From contig JBHGNT010000009.1 of the NCBI GenBank assembly GCA_043228905.1, positions 8,742,001-8,806,000 of the forward strand: a DNA stretch of 64,000 nt. The letters are read 5' to 3'. Under the pieces are notes generated by a model. The model saw nothing but the letters and a program-made list of their open reading frames with translations. It ran no database searches and was not told where the DNA came from. This DNA is from Azolla caroliniana. Taxonomy: Eukaryota > Plantae > Polypodiophyta. Positions 51,701-62,806 of the stretch are shown here, piece after piece. The position numbers and the translations under genes were made by a program. The number at the start of each line of letters is the position of its first letter. Within the stretch, counting starts at the first letter, position 1.

Positions 51701-52446
51701 ATTGTCGAGCACTGAAGCCGAATACTAGGGCGCGGTCGTAGTCACATGTGAAGTCGTTTGGCTCAAGAGAATCTTGAAGGATCTAGGCATTCCCATCAAC
51801 TATCCAATTCTCCTCTATTGTGACAACATGAGCAGCATCCACCTCGCTCAGAACCCAGTCTTCCATGCTCGGAATGAGCGTGTTCTGGCCAAGGATGTTG
51901 ACCTGCAACACATCAACACAAACCTGTAGACGATCGACATCTTCACCTAGGATGTTGGCCCTAGGAATTGACAAGTTGCGGCAATTCACGACGAACCTAG
52001 GTCTTTCGACTGTTGACCAGGTGAGCTTGAGGGGGAGTCAAGAGCAAGATTGAACTGGTCATCCGAACCAACCAAAGCCGGAGTCAACTCAAAGCCGACC
52101 CAAAGGTCAGTCCGAACCAACCATTCGACGGCTAGAAGTTGTGTTTGAAGGGGCGTGTTGAGAACCAAACTCAACTTCCCGTGTGTGGGAACACATCTAG
52201 GATACTCAAGGGTGTGAACACCCCACCTCCTTGTATAGTAACTAGTGTGTTATAGAAGTTAATGTTCTATGACACATATTCTTTAAGTAGTTAAGACTCA
52301 ACCTCTTCCCAAGAGGCGACTCTAGTGAGAGAACCTAGAGAGAACCTAGAGAGAACGTGACGACATAAGCACCTTCTCCTTCTCTTTGTATGGTTGGTTA
52401 TTCTTGCTTCCTTGGTAATACAGTTTTCTGATTTTCTGTAATCGTG

Positions 52447-52496
<50 letters not shown>

Positions 52497-52499
52497 CTA

Positions 52500-52717
52500 T
52501 GTGCTACACGCCGCTTAGAAGCGGGTAAGCGAGCATACTATGCATTAGAGAACACATGCAATCTTGGAGATATTAAGTGTTGGAGTCCTCAAGAAATATC
52601 TTTTCGACACTTTGGTGACACTGGTTCTTCTCTATGGGATAGAAGTATGGGGCGGTAGCATCCCTAAATCTATGTGGAAAGAGTTTGAAAATGTCCAAAA
52701 ACATTTTCTTACAAAGT
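52500..52717 (+). mobile_element. LINE ORF2 remnant (region C-terminal to RT)
   Basis: LFDTLVTLVLLYGIEVWG...FENVQKHFL resembles the conserved post-RT segment of LINEs. Confidence 0.6.
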
Positions 52718-53442
52718 TGTTACCCCGTACGAGATGTATGGAGAGTCAAGTGTGATGAGCAAGGGTCGAATGTTAACATGATGTTGTTGTGTATGTGTAG
52801 GGGGCATAAATGTAATTGTGAGTCTATACGTATGTGAACACATGCACACGTGCGTGCATGTGGATGGATACGAGGAGGTGTGAGTGAGTGTCCAGTATGA
52901 ATGCTCGAGGGGGCTTACATCCCTATGTATCTACCCCCTCTTGTACTATTTAACCCCTTATGGGGAATGAATGAAACATGAATGATTTTTTTTCTCTCTC
53001 AATCTCTCTCTCTGTTGTCATCTCTCTTTCTTTCTCTCTCTCTTCCCTCCCCTTAATGTTGAACCCCTTGGGAGGGGGGTGGAGCCATTCTAGGCACCAC
53101 TCCCCACCCAGCAATGCTTCTCAATGATTCTCAACATCTTCATCTCAATATCTCTCACCATCATACTCTCCACCATCTTCACTATTCCACCATTTCTATC
53201 TTCATCATCGATAATCATCATTACCATTAACCCTAGTGTTGTATGTTTTAGGGTTAACATTTATGATGATTGATGATAAGCATTGAGAGATTGATTATGG
53301 CATTGATAGTGATGAAGATGGAAATGGTGATGGCGATAAGAATCATTGTGGGTGATAGCGTGATGTGCATTGAGAAGCATTGCGGGGTGGGGGGTGGTGC
53401 CTAGAATGGCTCCACCCCCCTCCCAAGGGGGTTCAACATAAT

Positions 53443-53489
<47 letters not shown>

Positions 53490-53758
53490 TGATTATATGT
53501 TTCATTCATTCCCCATAAGGGGTTAAATAGTACAAGAGGGGGTAGATACATAAGGGTGTAAGCCCCCTTGAGCATTCATACTGAACACTCACTCACACCT
53601 TCTCGTATCCATCCACATGCACACACGTGTGCATGTGTTCACATACGTATAGACTCACAATTACATTTATGCCCCCTACACATACACAACAACATCATGA
53701 TAACATTCGACCCTCGCTCATCACATTTGACTCTCCGTACATCTCATACGGGGTAACA
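52718..53758. repeat. ~1.04-kb foldback with TGT...ACA ends; probable 5' LTR of a Tat-like gypsy
   Basis: 52718-~53126 is the reverse complement of ~53368-53758, with weaker symmetry to a centre at ~53240 (TTAACCCTA/TAGGGTTAA); PBS-like TAGCACGCCCGTGGGA at 53764. Confidence 0.85.
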
Positions 53759-55653
53759 CAATATAGCACGCCCGTGGGAGAGTGCCTTGCACGTCGATCC
53801 CACATGCCTTGATGATGATATTTCTTCGACCGGAACTTCCATCGGTCCTTTCAACGATCGACTCCCTCGATCGGAGTGCTTGACTCGAACATCTTTGTCG
53901 GTCTGCAAATCTTTCTGCAACACGAACATTCTCGTTCTATCGGCTTACGAACTTCGTCATGGGTCCAAAATCATGTCGTGTATATGTATGTTCTTCCTTT
54001 GTTTTGAGTGTGTGTGAGTAGTCTTGGGGATTTTCAAAATTTTGGTGGTGCCTTTTTTTTTTTTTTTTTTGATATGTACCCTCGAGTTTTGAAAATTTCA
54101 TTCCGTACCCCCAAGTTTCTGAAATTTTAGGCTGCTACCCTCAACATTTTAAAATTTCTTCGCATGCCCCTCCTCTTTTTCCCTCTCATTTTTTTAATTT
54201 TAGTGTTTGTCTTCTTACGTTTTCTCCTGCGTGTTGTCTGCATTTTCTTCCTCCTTCTTGGTGTTAACCATTGCTTCTTCTCCACTTCATGTCTTTCTTT
54301 TCCTCCTCTCTCTTTCTTCTTCTATCTCTGTTTCTTCCACTTCGTGTCTGTCTGTTCATGCCTTTCTCTTCTTCCATGACATCTTCTTTTTCTTCCTTCT
54401 CTGTTCTTCTTCTTCCTTGCATTTCTCTTCTCTCTTCTTCTTATTTTCTATATGTCTGCCTCTTTCTTCTCTGCGTTGTCTTTGTTTTGGTTGTCGTGGT
54501 TGGTCATCTGTCCAGCCCGTTTGGCCATTCCGGCCACTGTTCAGCTATTACGGCTGCTTTGGCCGCTCGTCCATCTCCATCTCCCGCCGTTTCGACCAGT
54601 TTCCGGCCCTTCTGGCCGCTCTTTCCGTTGTTTGGCCCGTTTGGCCATGTCTGTCTGGTCCATCTCCAGATGTCTCTGTCACGGACCTTGTCGGCCCTAT
54701 TCGGCCGTCGGTTTTGGCCGAGGTCCATCACTTTTCGGCATCAATGTCGTTGTTTCGGCCGTCTTTGTCCAGCATGTCTCTGGCCGGTTGTACGGTGACT
54801 CCGTCATCGTTCCGGCCGCCATCGTTTGTTTGGCGATCGATGCGGCTTCATCCGACCCTTGTTTGACCCTCCGGCCGCTCCGGTTGCTACAGCCACTGTC
54901 TGGCTATTCCAACCGTTCCAACTGTTGCCCGGCTGCTCTTCAGCCATTGTTCGGCCATTCCGGCCGCTCTTCAGCCATTATCCGGCCATTCCGACTGATC
55001 TCTGGCCACTCCGCTCCGGCTGTTGTCAGTTAGTGGTGACCATTCCTAACGCCTTTCTCGTCGTCGCCAGCCCTGTCCGGCCGACCTCCAATCGCATGGC
55101 CGCTCTGTTCAGTCGTCACTATCCGAGCGTTCTTCTGGCCTCCGGTTTGGCCACAGTTCGGCTGTGTCTAACCGTTCTATTCTTGGCTGTTGTCCATTAG
55201 TCGGTCGTGCCGGCTGTCCGTCTCTGACGATATCTTTCCAGTCCTTCGTTCATTCTTCCGTCCATCCGTTCGGCCGTTTCCGATCATCAAGTCGTTCTTC
55301 AACGGTCTTTGTCTCTTCGCATATTTGTCGTTGTTGACCTTGTCTGACTGTCTTCGTTCATCCATGCCTGGTCGTTGTTGGTCGTCATAGTCACTATCTT
55401 TGTTGGTTCTGTCTGGCCGGTCTCTTTCCACTGTTCGACCCTCGGTTTGGCCGCCGCTTGCCGGCCTCTCCGGCCTTTTCCGTCTATGCCTCGGCCGCTA
55501 TCAAGCTACCACTCCGTTGCGGACTCCATCACCGTCTCTGTTGGTTTCCATCCATTCGAGTCCACCTCTGTGTCTCTTCTCTGTCTTCTATGGTCCTTCG
55601 GTGTTAACCAACTCTGGTTCTTGTTCCGATTCCGGTTCCGACTCTCTCCGCGT
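53759..55653 (+). mobile_element. Putative long non-coding 5' region of a Tat-like element
   Basis: Follows the PBS-like motif; TTTT(G/C)AAAATTT repeats, CT-rich tract, CGGCC-rich degenerate repeats 54500-55500; no credible ORF. Confidence 0.45.
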
Positions 55654-55780
55654 TGTCGTGATGTGGCATGTCTAGTGCGAGAAAAACTCAAAAATTGAGG
55701 ATCCACACACATTTCACGAATACTTGTAAAAATGAAAATAAATAAACCTAGGTCACAATGGCATTGAGTGCATGTAGAGG

Positions 55781-55850
55781 GTTGCAAGTAGGATTTGAAC
55801 CTTGCACCTCTAAGGAAAGAGGCAATTACCTTACCACTAAAGCTACTACT
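55781..55850 (-). ncRNA. tRNA-derived module antisense in LTR U3
   Basis: Minus strand GTAGCTTTAGTGGTAAGG...AGAGGTGCAAGGTTCAAATCCT. Confidence 0.55.
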
Positions 55851-57185
55851 AAGTGTTGTAGATGTTCTGTATTTCTTTCTCATATTCAGTATTCCGTAGG
55901 AAACAAACGAACAAAACCGTGTACACAAAACCACGGTTTTAAGCTCATGGTTTCCTACATGTCACAAAGCAAAACGGTGTGCACAAAAACCATGGCTCCA
56001 AGCCCATGGTTTTGTGCATGGACAAACCTATAAAACCCCTAGTACGGCTTGTGTAAGGGGGGGCTCAATATGATATGACCATCATCATCACCATCAATAA
56101 TATAAGCTTCTATTTCTTCTTCTTCGCATCTATCTTGTAATTATTTATCTACTTCTCAAAGTGTACAATCTTCAATCTTCTCAAGTGTAATAGGTCTTCC
56201 TCCAATCTTACAGTCACATCGTCCTCTTCTCAATACCTTGACGGACATCCTCCTTGGTCCAAGACCCCGGTGGTCCCGCTCAAGCGAAGCACGCTCGCAC
56301 ACGCATCTTCGCGACATTTCGCGACGTGAACGAGGCGGTAGGAAGGATCAAGTCGAGATTAATACTTGGAGATGGCATCCTCAAGCAACCAAGCGGGAGA
56401 GCTCGAAAGGATGATGCTAATCGTCGAGCAAATGATGAGATCTCGGGACAACGACGCGAGCGTGGAGAAGGTTGTCGATCGTGTCGTAGAGCTCGAGGGC
56501 CAATTCGATGGAAGGAACGTTACGAAGTTCCTTGATGCATATAAGAGGGAGAGGAATCAGAGGGACGTGTCCGAGGCACGTCAAATCGCAAGCTTCAAGA
56601 GAGTTGTCGCCAACAACATCCAAAGACGCGTCATCGAGCTTCAAGAAGGTAAGACAACATGGTCCGAGTTCGAGAAAACGATACTAGCGGAGTTCGTGAC
56701 TGAAGACTCAACGAGGATGACTCGACATGCCCTGATGAAGTGGATAGAGAAGAAGAATAAGAAGATGAGCGTCTCGAGGGTGTACGACGAATTCGACCAG
56801 ATGTTTAGTCGTCTCCCCAATACGGACCAAGTGTTGCTTGAAGAGGACAAGACTTTGTACTTCTTGAAGGCCGTGGACTTAAAGGATAGACGGGAGTTGG
56901 GGACTCTTCTCGAAGATGATACCCAAGCAAATGGGCTCGTAGCGGACTGGATCGCAGTGAAGCGGGCATGCAATAGGCTCGACAAGCGTCGCCAATGGGT
57001 TGATGACACCGACTTGACAGGACCGACTACCACGGAGAAAGCAAGACCGCCGAAAGTAGCTAAGCCGCCGAGACAAAGTAACGTTGTCGTAGTGTATTCC
57101 ACACACTACGTGAAAACCATAAAATAATATATCCGATTTTAGATACATATAACTAGATAAATAATATGTCAAAAAAATTTATCAA

Positions 57186-57258
57186 GTGCATAGGGCAAGA
57201 TTCGAACCATGCACCTCCACATAGATAAACCCCAACTTTACCATTGTAATAACTTATC
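57186..57258 (-). ncRNA. tRNA-derived module antisense in LTR U3 (copy at ~62908-62980)
   Basis: Minus strand TTACAATGGTAAAG...GGAGGTGCATGGTTCGAATCTTG followed by a T7 run (57171-57177). Confidence 0.5.
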
Positions 57259-57831
57259 TTTAGTGTTATAAATATAGATTTAATACATATAAGACCTTTA
57301 TTTACACATACCTTTATTAAAAGGTAAAAATCATGTATTCTTTAGAGTGTGAATATTTTATTTACACGTGACATTAAAAGTGACTCATGCACATCTAGCG
57401 TGCATGAGCCCTATATTTAGGAAATGACAAAGCATCACATGCACATTTAGTGTGCATGGACACTTTAGGTAAAAAAGCATGAAGCCATGCTTAGCCTCTT
57501 CCATCTTTATATAAGGAGGAGAGAAATATGTATATGGTTGTTGATTAATATACAAGGGGATTGATCAATCTAATATATTCGGGGGGATTCACGAATTTTG
57601 CCATCTAATTGCTCTTATAATCTAAATATTGTTTTAATTACACTAAACTCGTGGGATTCACGAGATTGCTATCTTACTTCTCTTTCCACTATTCATAACT
57701 GGCCTTAAGTTGTATTCCTCTTCCTCCTAGTCAAAAACCTCGGCGGTTCCCACCCGACTCACGCAACGATCCGGAGCCGAAGGGCACGACACAGTTGGTG
57801 AACCCGACGTGAAGCACCGGGTGGCAAGGAG

Positions 57832-59874
57832 ATGGAAAATCAACCGGAGGCTAGCAACATGATGATGATGTTCGAGCGCATCCTACAAGAACAACGCGCG
57901 ATGTCAGAGATAGCGGCATCAGTGGAGCGGCTCGTGCAACGAAACGGACAATTCAACGGGAAAGACGTGTCGCGGTATCTTCGGGACTACAAGGCGGAGA
58001 TGCTACGGTGCGGAATATCGGAAGGACTGCAAGTGACGTCCTTCAACCGGGTGGCGACCGACGGGCTTCAAGCAAGCATCCATGGGCTACGACAACAAAA
58101 TCCGACATGGGAGGCGTTTGAAGAAGAGCTAAAGAGGACGTTCGCCATCGAGGATTCCTCCAAGGCGACGCGAAGGGGGTTCAAAGATTGGGTGGAGACG
58201 CCGGACAAGGGATTGAAGGTCGTTGATGTGTTTTCGGCATTCGAAAGCCGGTTCGGGAGGTTGTCCGCGAGAGATCAAGCTATCCTCATACCGGACAAGG
58301 TAATCATGTTCTTGCGAGCCGTGGACGTCCGGGACCGGAAAGATCTCGGAGTGCTCTTGGAGGACACGACCACGGAGAGCGGGCTCACCGAAACATGGGA
58401 AAGCGTGCGGGATATCGTCGCGCGATACACGAAGAGGGGGCAATGGCTTGCCAACGAGGAAAAGAGGGTTTCGGAACCGATTCCGAAACCGAGAACCGGA
58501 TTGGAAGACCATCAACCAAGGGCTCGGGAGACTACAACCGAGAAGGGAATTGATGCATCTACGGTGGAGCAACTATTGAAGGAGATGGAGAATCTGAAGA
58601 TCGCGATGGTGAAGAAGTCGGATGACCGCCCCACAAGCTCCAAGTATACGGATCGACGGTGCATATGGTGCGATAGCGCCGAACACGATCGGAGGGATTG
58701 CGATGAGCATAAGGAGGCGCTACGGCGGGATCTCATCTACTACGAGGGAAACCGGATTCATTCGATGGACTCTCGGAAGCCACTCCGACCGAACTTCCAG
58801 AAAGGCGGCATGAAGAAGGTGCTCGAGGAGGAATTGGCGGCAATAAGCAACTATGCGACAACCGCGGGAATATGTGTCGGGGAGTCATCGAGAGCAAAGA
58901 CGTCTTTTTGGCCGGAAGTTCTAGAAAACACCGAGAAAACCGACTCCAACGAGATCCGAAGCACCGCGGAAGGCGTCCGGGAAGCTACGGGATGGGAGTG
59001 CCCTGTCGACAAGAATAGCGTATATGCCCTGTGTCAATTGCATAAGGTGTATGTGGACGAGAAACGACGACGCACGGAGGATGCGGCCGGGCCATCGAAG
59101 ATACCGGAAAGTTGGAACTCCGGAGGTAAGGGAAAAGAAAAGGCGACTCCGGCATTCAAGCTCGCCTCGGACATAGAACAACAAACCGACTTGAAAAGAG
59201 TGTTCGAGGAAAGAATCTTGGATAGCCGGGTAGATTTCTCGCTTCGGGAGCTACTCGGAATAGCAAAGAAGGAGTTCCACGATCTTCTCGTGGATCTCGT
59301 GAAGCGAAAAAGACAAAGTACGGAGGAAAATGCTCCAAGGGTGAATGCGAACACCGTTTTAATGAACGACACCGAAGCGGAGGACGAAATTCCGAACTCC
59401 CACTATACAAGGCCACATTGGGCACGCGCGACTACGGAGACTCCGGTCCGAATCGGCAACATCAAAGAACCCGTGCTAGCATTGATTGATCACGGATCGG
59501 AGATCAACTTGATGTCCAAGGAGTTCTACCGGAAGGGGAAGTGGCCTATTAACACCAACCATGGATGGAAGATTCGGGCGGCCACCAAAGCAACGGAAGA
59601 TCTATTTGCGGCTTGTCCGGATGTGACGGTGAAGATCGGGGATGTCGAGATCAAACAAAATTTCTTCGTGCAAGATGAGGTTTCACATTCCGTCATCCTC
59701 GGCCAACCCTTTATCACGGCATCACGGATGGAGACGAAGGTGCTTGATAGCGGTGCGGCTTTTGCGCGAATTCGGAGCCAAAACGGTGGGAAATCCGTCC
59801 AATTCCTAACGGTGCCGGCAAATCACGAAAGGAACAAGAGGGAACTCTTGTCCCAAGTGAGAATGGATTTTTAA
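57832..59874 (+). CDS. gag-pro: Gypsy Gag-protease ORF (680 aa)
   Basis: GQFNGKDVSRYL; CIWCDSAEHDRRDC knuckle; ALIDHGSEINL and VILGQPF protease motifs. Confidence 0.93.
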   Translation: MENQPEASNMMMMFERILQEQRAMSEIAASVERLVQRNGQFNGKDVSRYLRDYKAEMLRCGISEGLQVTSFNRVATDGLQASIHGLRQQNPTWEAFEEELKRTFAIEDSSKATRRGFKDWVETPDKGLKVVDVFSAFESRFGRLSARDQAILIPDKVIMFLRAVDVRDRKDLGVLLEDTTTESGLTETWESVRDIVARYTKRGQWLANEEKRVSEPIPKPRTGLEDHQPRARETTTEKGIDASTVEQLLKEMENLKIAMVKKSDDRPTSSKYTDRRCIWCDSAEHDRRDCDEHKEALRRDLIYYEGNRIHSMDSRKPLRPNFQKGGMKKVLEEELAAISNYATTAGICVGESSRAKTSFWPEVLENTEKTDSNEIRSTAEGVREATGWECPVDKNSVYALCQLHKVYVDEKRRRTEDAAGPSKIPESWNSGGKGKEKATPAFKLASDIEQQTDLKRVFEERILDSRVDFSLRELLGIAKKEFHDLLVDLVKRKRQSTEENAPRVNANTVLMNDTEAEDEIPNSHYTRPHWARATTETPVRIGNIKEPVLALIDHGSEINLMSKEFYRKGKWPINTNHGWKIRAATKATEDLFAACPDVTVKIGDVEIKQNFFVQDEVSHSVILGQPFITASRMETKVLDSGAAFARIRSQNGGKSVQFLTVPANHERNKRELLSQVRMDF

Positions 59875-59928
59875 AGCGGACTGTTGCGGAGTGGGGAAGT
59901 GATAGTCCGAGAAGCCCTGATACCCCAC
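59865..59928 (+). promoter_or_regulatory. Predicted -1 ribosomal frameshift signal (slippery heptamer plus H-type pseudoknot)
   Basis: G GAT TTT just before TAA; 5-nt spacer; stem CGGACTGTTGC/GTGATAGTCCG; loop GTGGGG pairs with CCCCAC 59923-59928; -1 frame is open into pol. Confidence 0.75.
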
Positions 59929-62806
59929 ACAGGAAGAAAACTCTCGGAGCAAAACATGTACGAATCGGTCCGGATGGGGCATCTACGTACACGACCGTAA
60001 CCGGAGGATTGAAGAAAGGATACCGACAAGTGGAGGATAAGTTGCGGTCGGCATCAATAATAAAAGAAGATGAAGAAATCGTGGGGATAGTCGAAGAAGT
60101 GTTCTATGAGAGCACGCTACAACGACTTGAAGAGCTTGCGGAAGATAAAAGCCAAGGGAACCGGGTAGTTCCGGTGGAATCGGTCGAGATGTACGAGATC
60201 ATTGCGAAAATGGAGCCGGATACGCTCCGCAAAGAAGAAGCAATGGTAAGTACGAAATACAAGACCGTGGAGAAGAAGGTGAAACCGGCCGCGGGACCAC
60301 TACCCGCCGATAGCGAACAAAAGAGGAAAGAAGTCTCGGGAGATCCGACACTTCGGAAGACCGTGGATATCGGACATGCCTTCACGGATGAGACCCGGAA
60401 GAAACTTCGGATCGGTGGAGGTGGGTTCCTATTACAAAAAGAAGAAGAATGGTTTCGCGAGATGTTGGAGCAACACGGCAAAGCGTTTGCATTTACATCA
60501 AGGGAGATAGGGTGCGTCGATCCGAGAATAGTGGAGCCGATGGTGATCTTCACGATTGACCATGTACCGTGGAACCTGAAGCCGATTCCGGTGCCACGAG
60601 CACATATTCCGAAAGTCATTGACTTGCTCAAGGAGAAGGTGGCGATGGGGATTCTAGAGCCATCAACTGCTCCGTACTCAAATCGATGGTTTACGGTTCC
60701 GAAGAAGAATGGGTCACTCCAATTTATCCAAGACTTGCAACCGGTGAATAAGGTCACGATCCGGAACTCGGGAGTCGGTCCGATAGTGGACGAATTTGCG
60801 GAAGCTTTTGCCAGTCGTGCGATATACTCCATCGGAGACCTATACTCGGGGTATGACCAATTCCAACTAGCCGTGGAGAGCCGAGACATCACAACCATGC
60901 GAACACCGATAGGATTAGTCCGAATGTGCACACTACCACAAGGAGCAACAAACTCGGTTGCTCATATGATGAACGCGATGAACAAGGTGCTTCGAGACTG
61001 CATTCCGGAGATAACGATGCCGTTCCTCGATGACATTCCGATGAAAGGATGCGCGGTAGAAGAAAAAGATGAGACTATGGATGATCAGGGATGCCAAAAG
61101 TTCGTGGTCGACCATATTTATGATTGTGAGAAAGTGTTGCGAAAGCTAGAAGATGTGCACCTAACACTTTCCGGGGAGAAATCGGCATTCGGGCAAGAAG
61201 AAATATTGGTGGTCGGACATCTATATGGGCCCTACGGCCGAAGACCGTCACCAACAAAGATCGATGCGATTCAAGCTATGAAGGAAGTATGCGAGTCAAC
61301 ATCCGAAGTCCGAAGGTTTCTCGGTGCATGTGCATTCTATCACATATGGATTCCGCACTATGCACATATAGCGGACCCGCTCTACCACTTGTTGCGGAAA
61401 GGTAAGAGATTCGAATGGAAACCGGAACACACCAAAGCCATGAAGAAATTGAAGAAGACACTTCGGAGGGCGGAAGCACTTAAGAAGCCGAGCTATGACC
61501 GACCGATTATAGTAACGGTTGATACAAGTCCAACCGGTATCGGGTGGGTCATCAATCAAGCCGACTCGGATGGTTCGCGGTATCCGATCCGATTCGGAGC
61601 AAAGGTTCTCAACGAAAGGCAACGTGGATATGCACAAGTCAAAAGAGAACTGTGGGGAGTCGTGTCGGCGATAAAATCGGATCGGGATTATTTGATCGGA
61701 GCCGAAGTGGTGATCGAGACGGATTGTCTTCCGATACTCGGGATGATGCGGTGTTGTACGATACCGGATGTAGCTATGGTAGGTGGGTTGCATATGTCAA
61801 GTCGCTTAATCCGGAGGTTCGACACATCTCGGGGAAGGACAACGCGGTAGCGGATATGTTATCAAGGGCTCGGTTCGGAGACGACATAACCGAATCGGAT
61901 AATGAAGAAGTTTCCGAAGACTACTTCGCGTCGGAGCACATATGCCGAGTAAACGTAATCCGAGAATTCCGGGAAGAAGAATACGAGGGAGAAAGCTTGA
62001 TGATCGGAAAGATGTTACAAGAGGCCGAGGATTCAACAAACGATAAAGGAAGAAGAGCTGAGATCCGAAGGAAGAAGAGGCAAGTCCAAAAGTTCTTCTT
62101 GGAAAACGGATTAATATGGAGGGCGCCGAAAAGACTGGATGGTATACCACTTCGAGTAGTCGGGACAAAAGAGCAACAAGACCGGATAATGTCCGAGTTT
62201 CACGGATCCGATTGGGCTGGACACCGAGGAACATGGGCAACATTTGTGAAGATCAAGCAAAAAATTGGTGGAAGAAAATGTACAAAGATGTCGCGGAGTT
62301 CACGGAAAGCTGCGAGAAATGTCAAGTCTACTCCGGGGTTCGACATCAAGATGAGTTACATCTGACACAAAGCACCGACTACGACCGAGGAGGATTGAAG
62401 AAGGAGACTGGGTGATCGTCTATGACAGTAGTTTGGACCATCAACATACAACGATGCGGAAATTTGCGAAAAGGTGGTTCAGGCCATACGAGGTTCGGAA
62501 AGTCTTCGACAACGGAACGTACCGACTGTCCGAGTTGGATGGAACAATACTACAAGTGCCTATAGCCGGGAAGCGGGTGAAGATTTTCAAGAAGCGGACC
62601 AACGACAAACCCTATGTGATCCAAGCCAAGGCCGACAACGAGGAGCAATCGGACGAAGACCACGGTGATGCGGGAAGCGAAGAAAGTGAATTACAACTCA
62701 TAGTCGACATAAGGGGAGAATCGGAGGAAGCTTTGGGTGAAGACGGATATGGGGAATCGAGAACTTCGGCACATACCGGAGGATGTGCGGGTTCGGAGGG
62801 GGCGAG
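59865..62806 (+). pseudogene. pol: Gypsy pol (RT-RNase H-partial integrase) with frameshifts at ~61780 and ~62265 and no DDE core
   Basis: YSIGDLYSGYDQF, LPQGATNSV, PFLDDI (RT); VTVDTSPTGIG, KRELWG, IETDC (RH); H..H..CEKC finger joined directly to GDWVIVYDS..RWFRPY. Confidence 0.9.

Larger units (their letters stand above)
46804..52448 (+). mobile_element. Rearranged Ty1/copia: LTR start at 46804, INT-RT-RH remnants ~49010-52030, 3' LTR from ~52157
   Basis: TGTTGAGAACCAAACT(T/C)AACTTCCCGTGTG at 46804 and 52157; RSDNRGEF, YWAEAANTVVYLMNR, IYVDDLVIGG. Confidence 0.75.

Noticed and set aside
54164-55698. Overlapping 100-220 aa ORFs
   Set aside because: Low-complexity, stop-poor CT- and GC-rich DNA; translations are compositionally biased
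57080-57084. 5-bp TSD AACGT for the young gypsy
   Set aside because: Would require the LTR to end in AC rather than CA; the 10761 solo LTR shows an unambiguous 4-bp TSD
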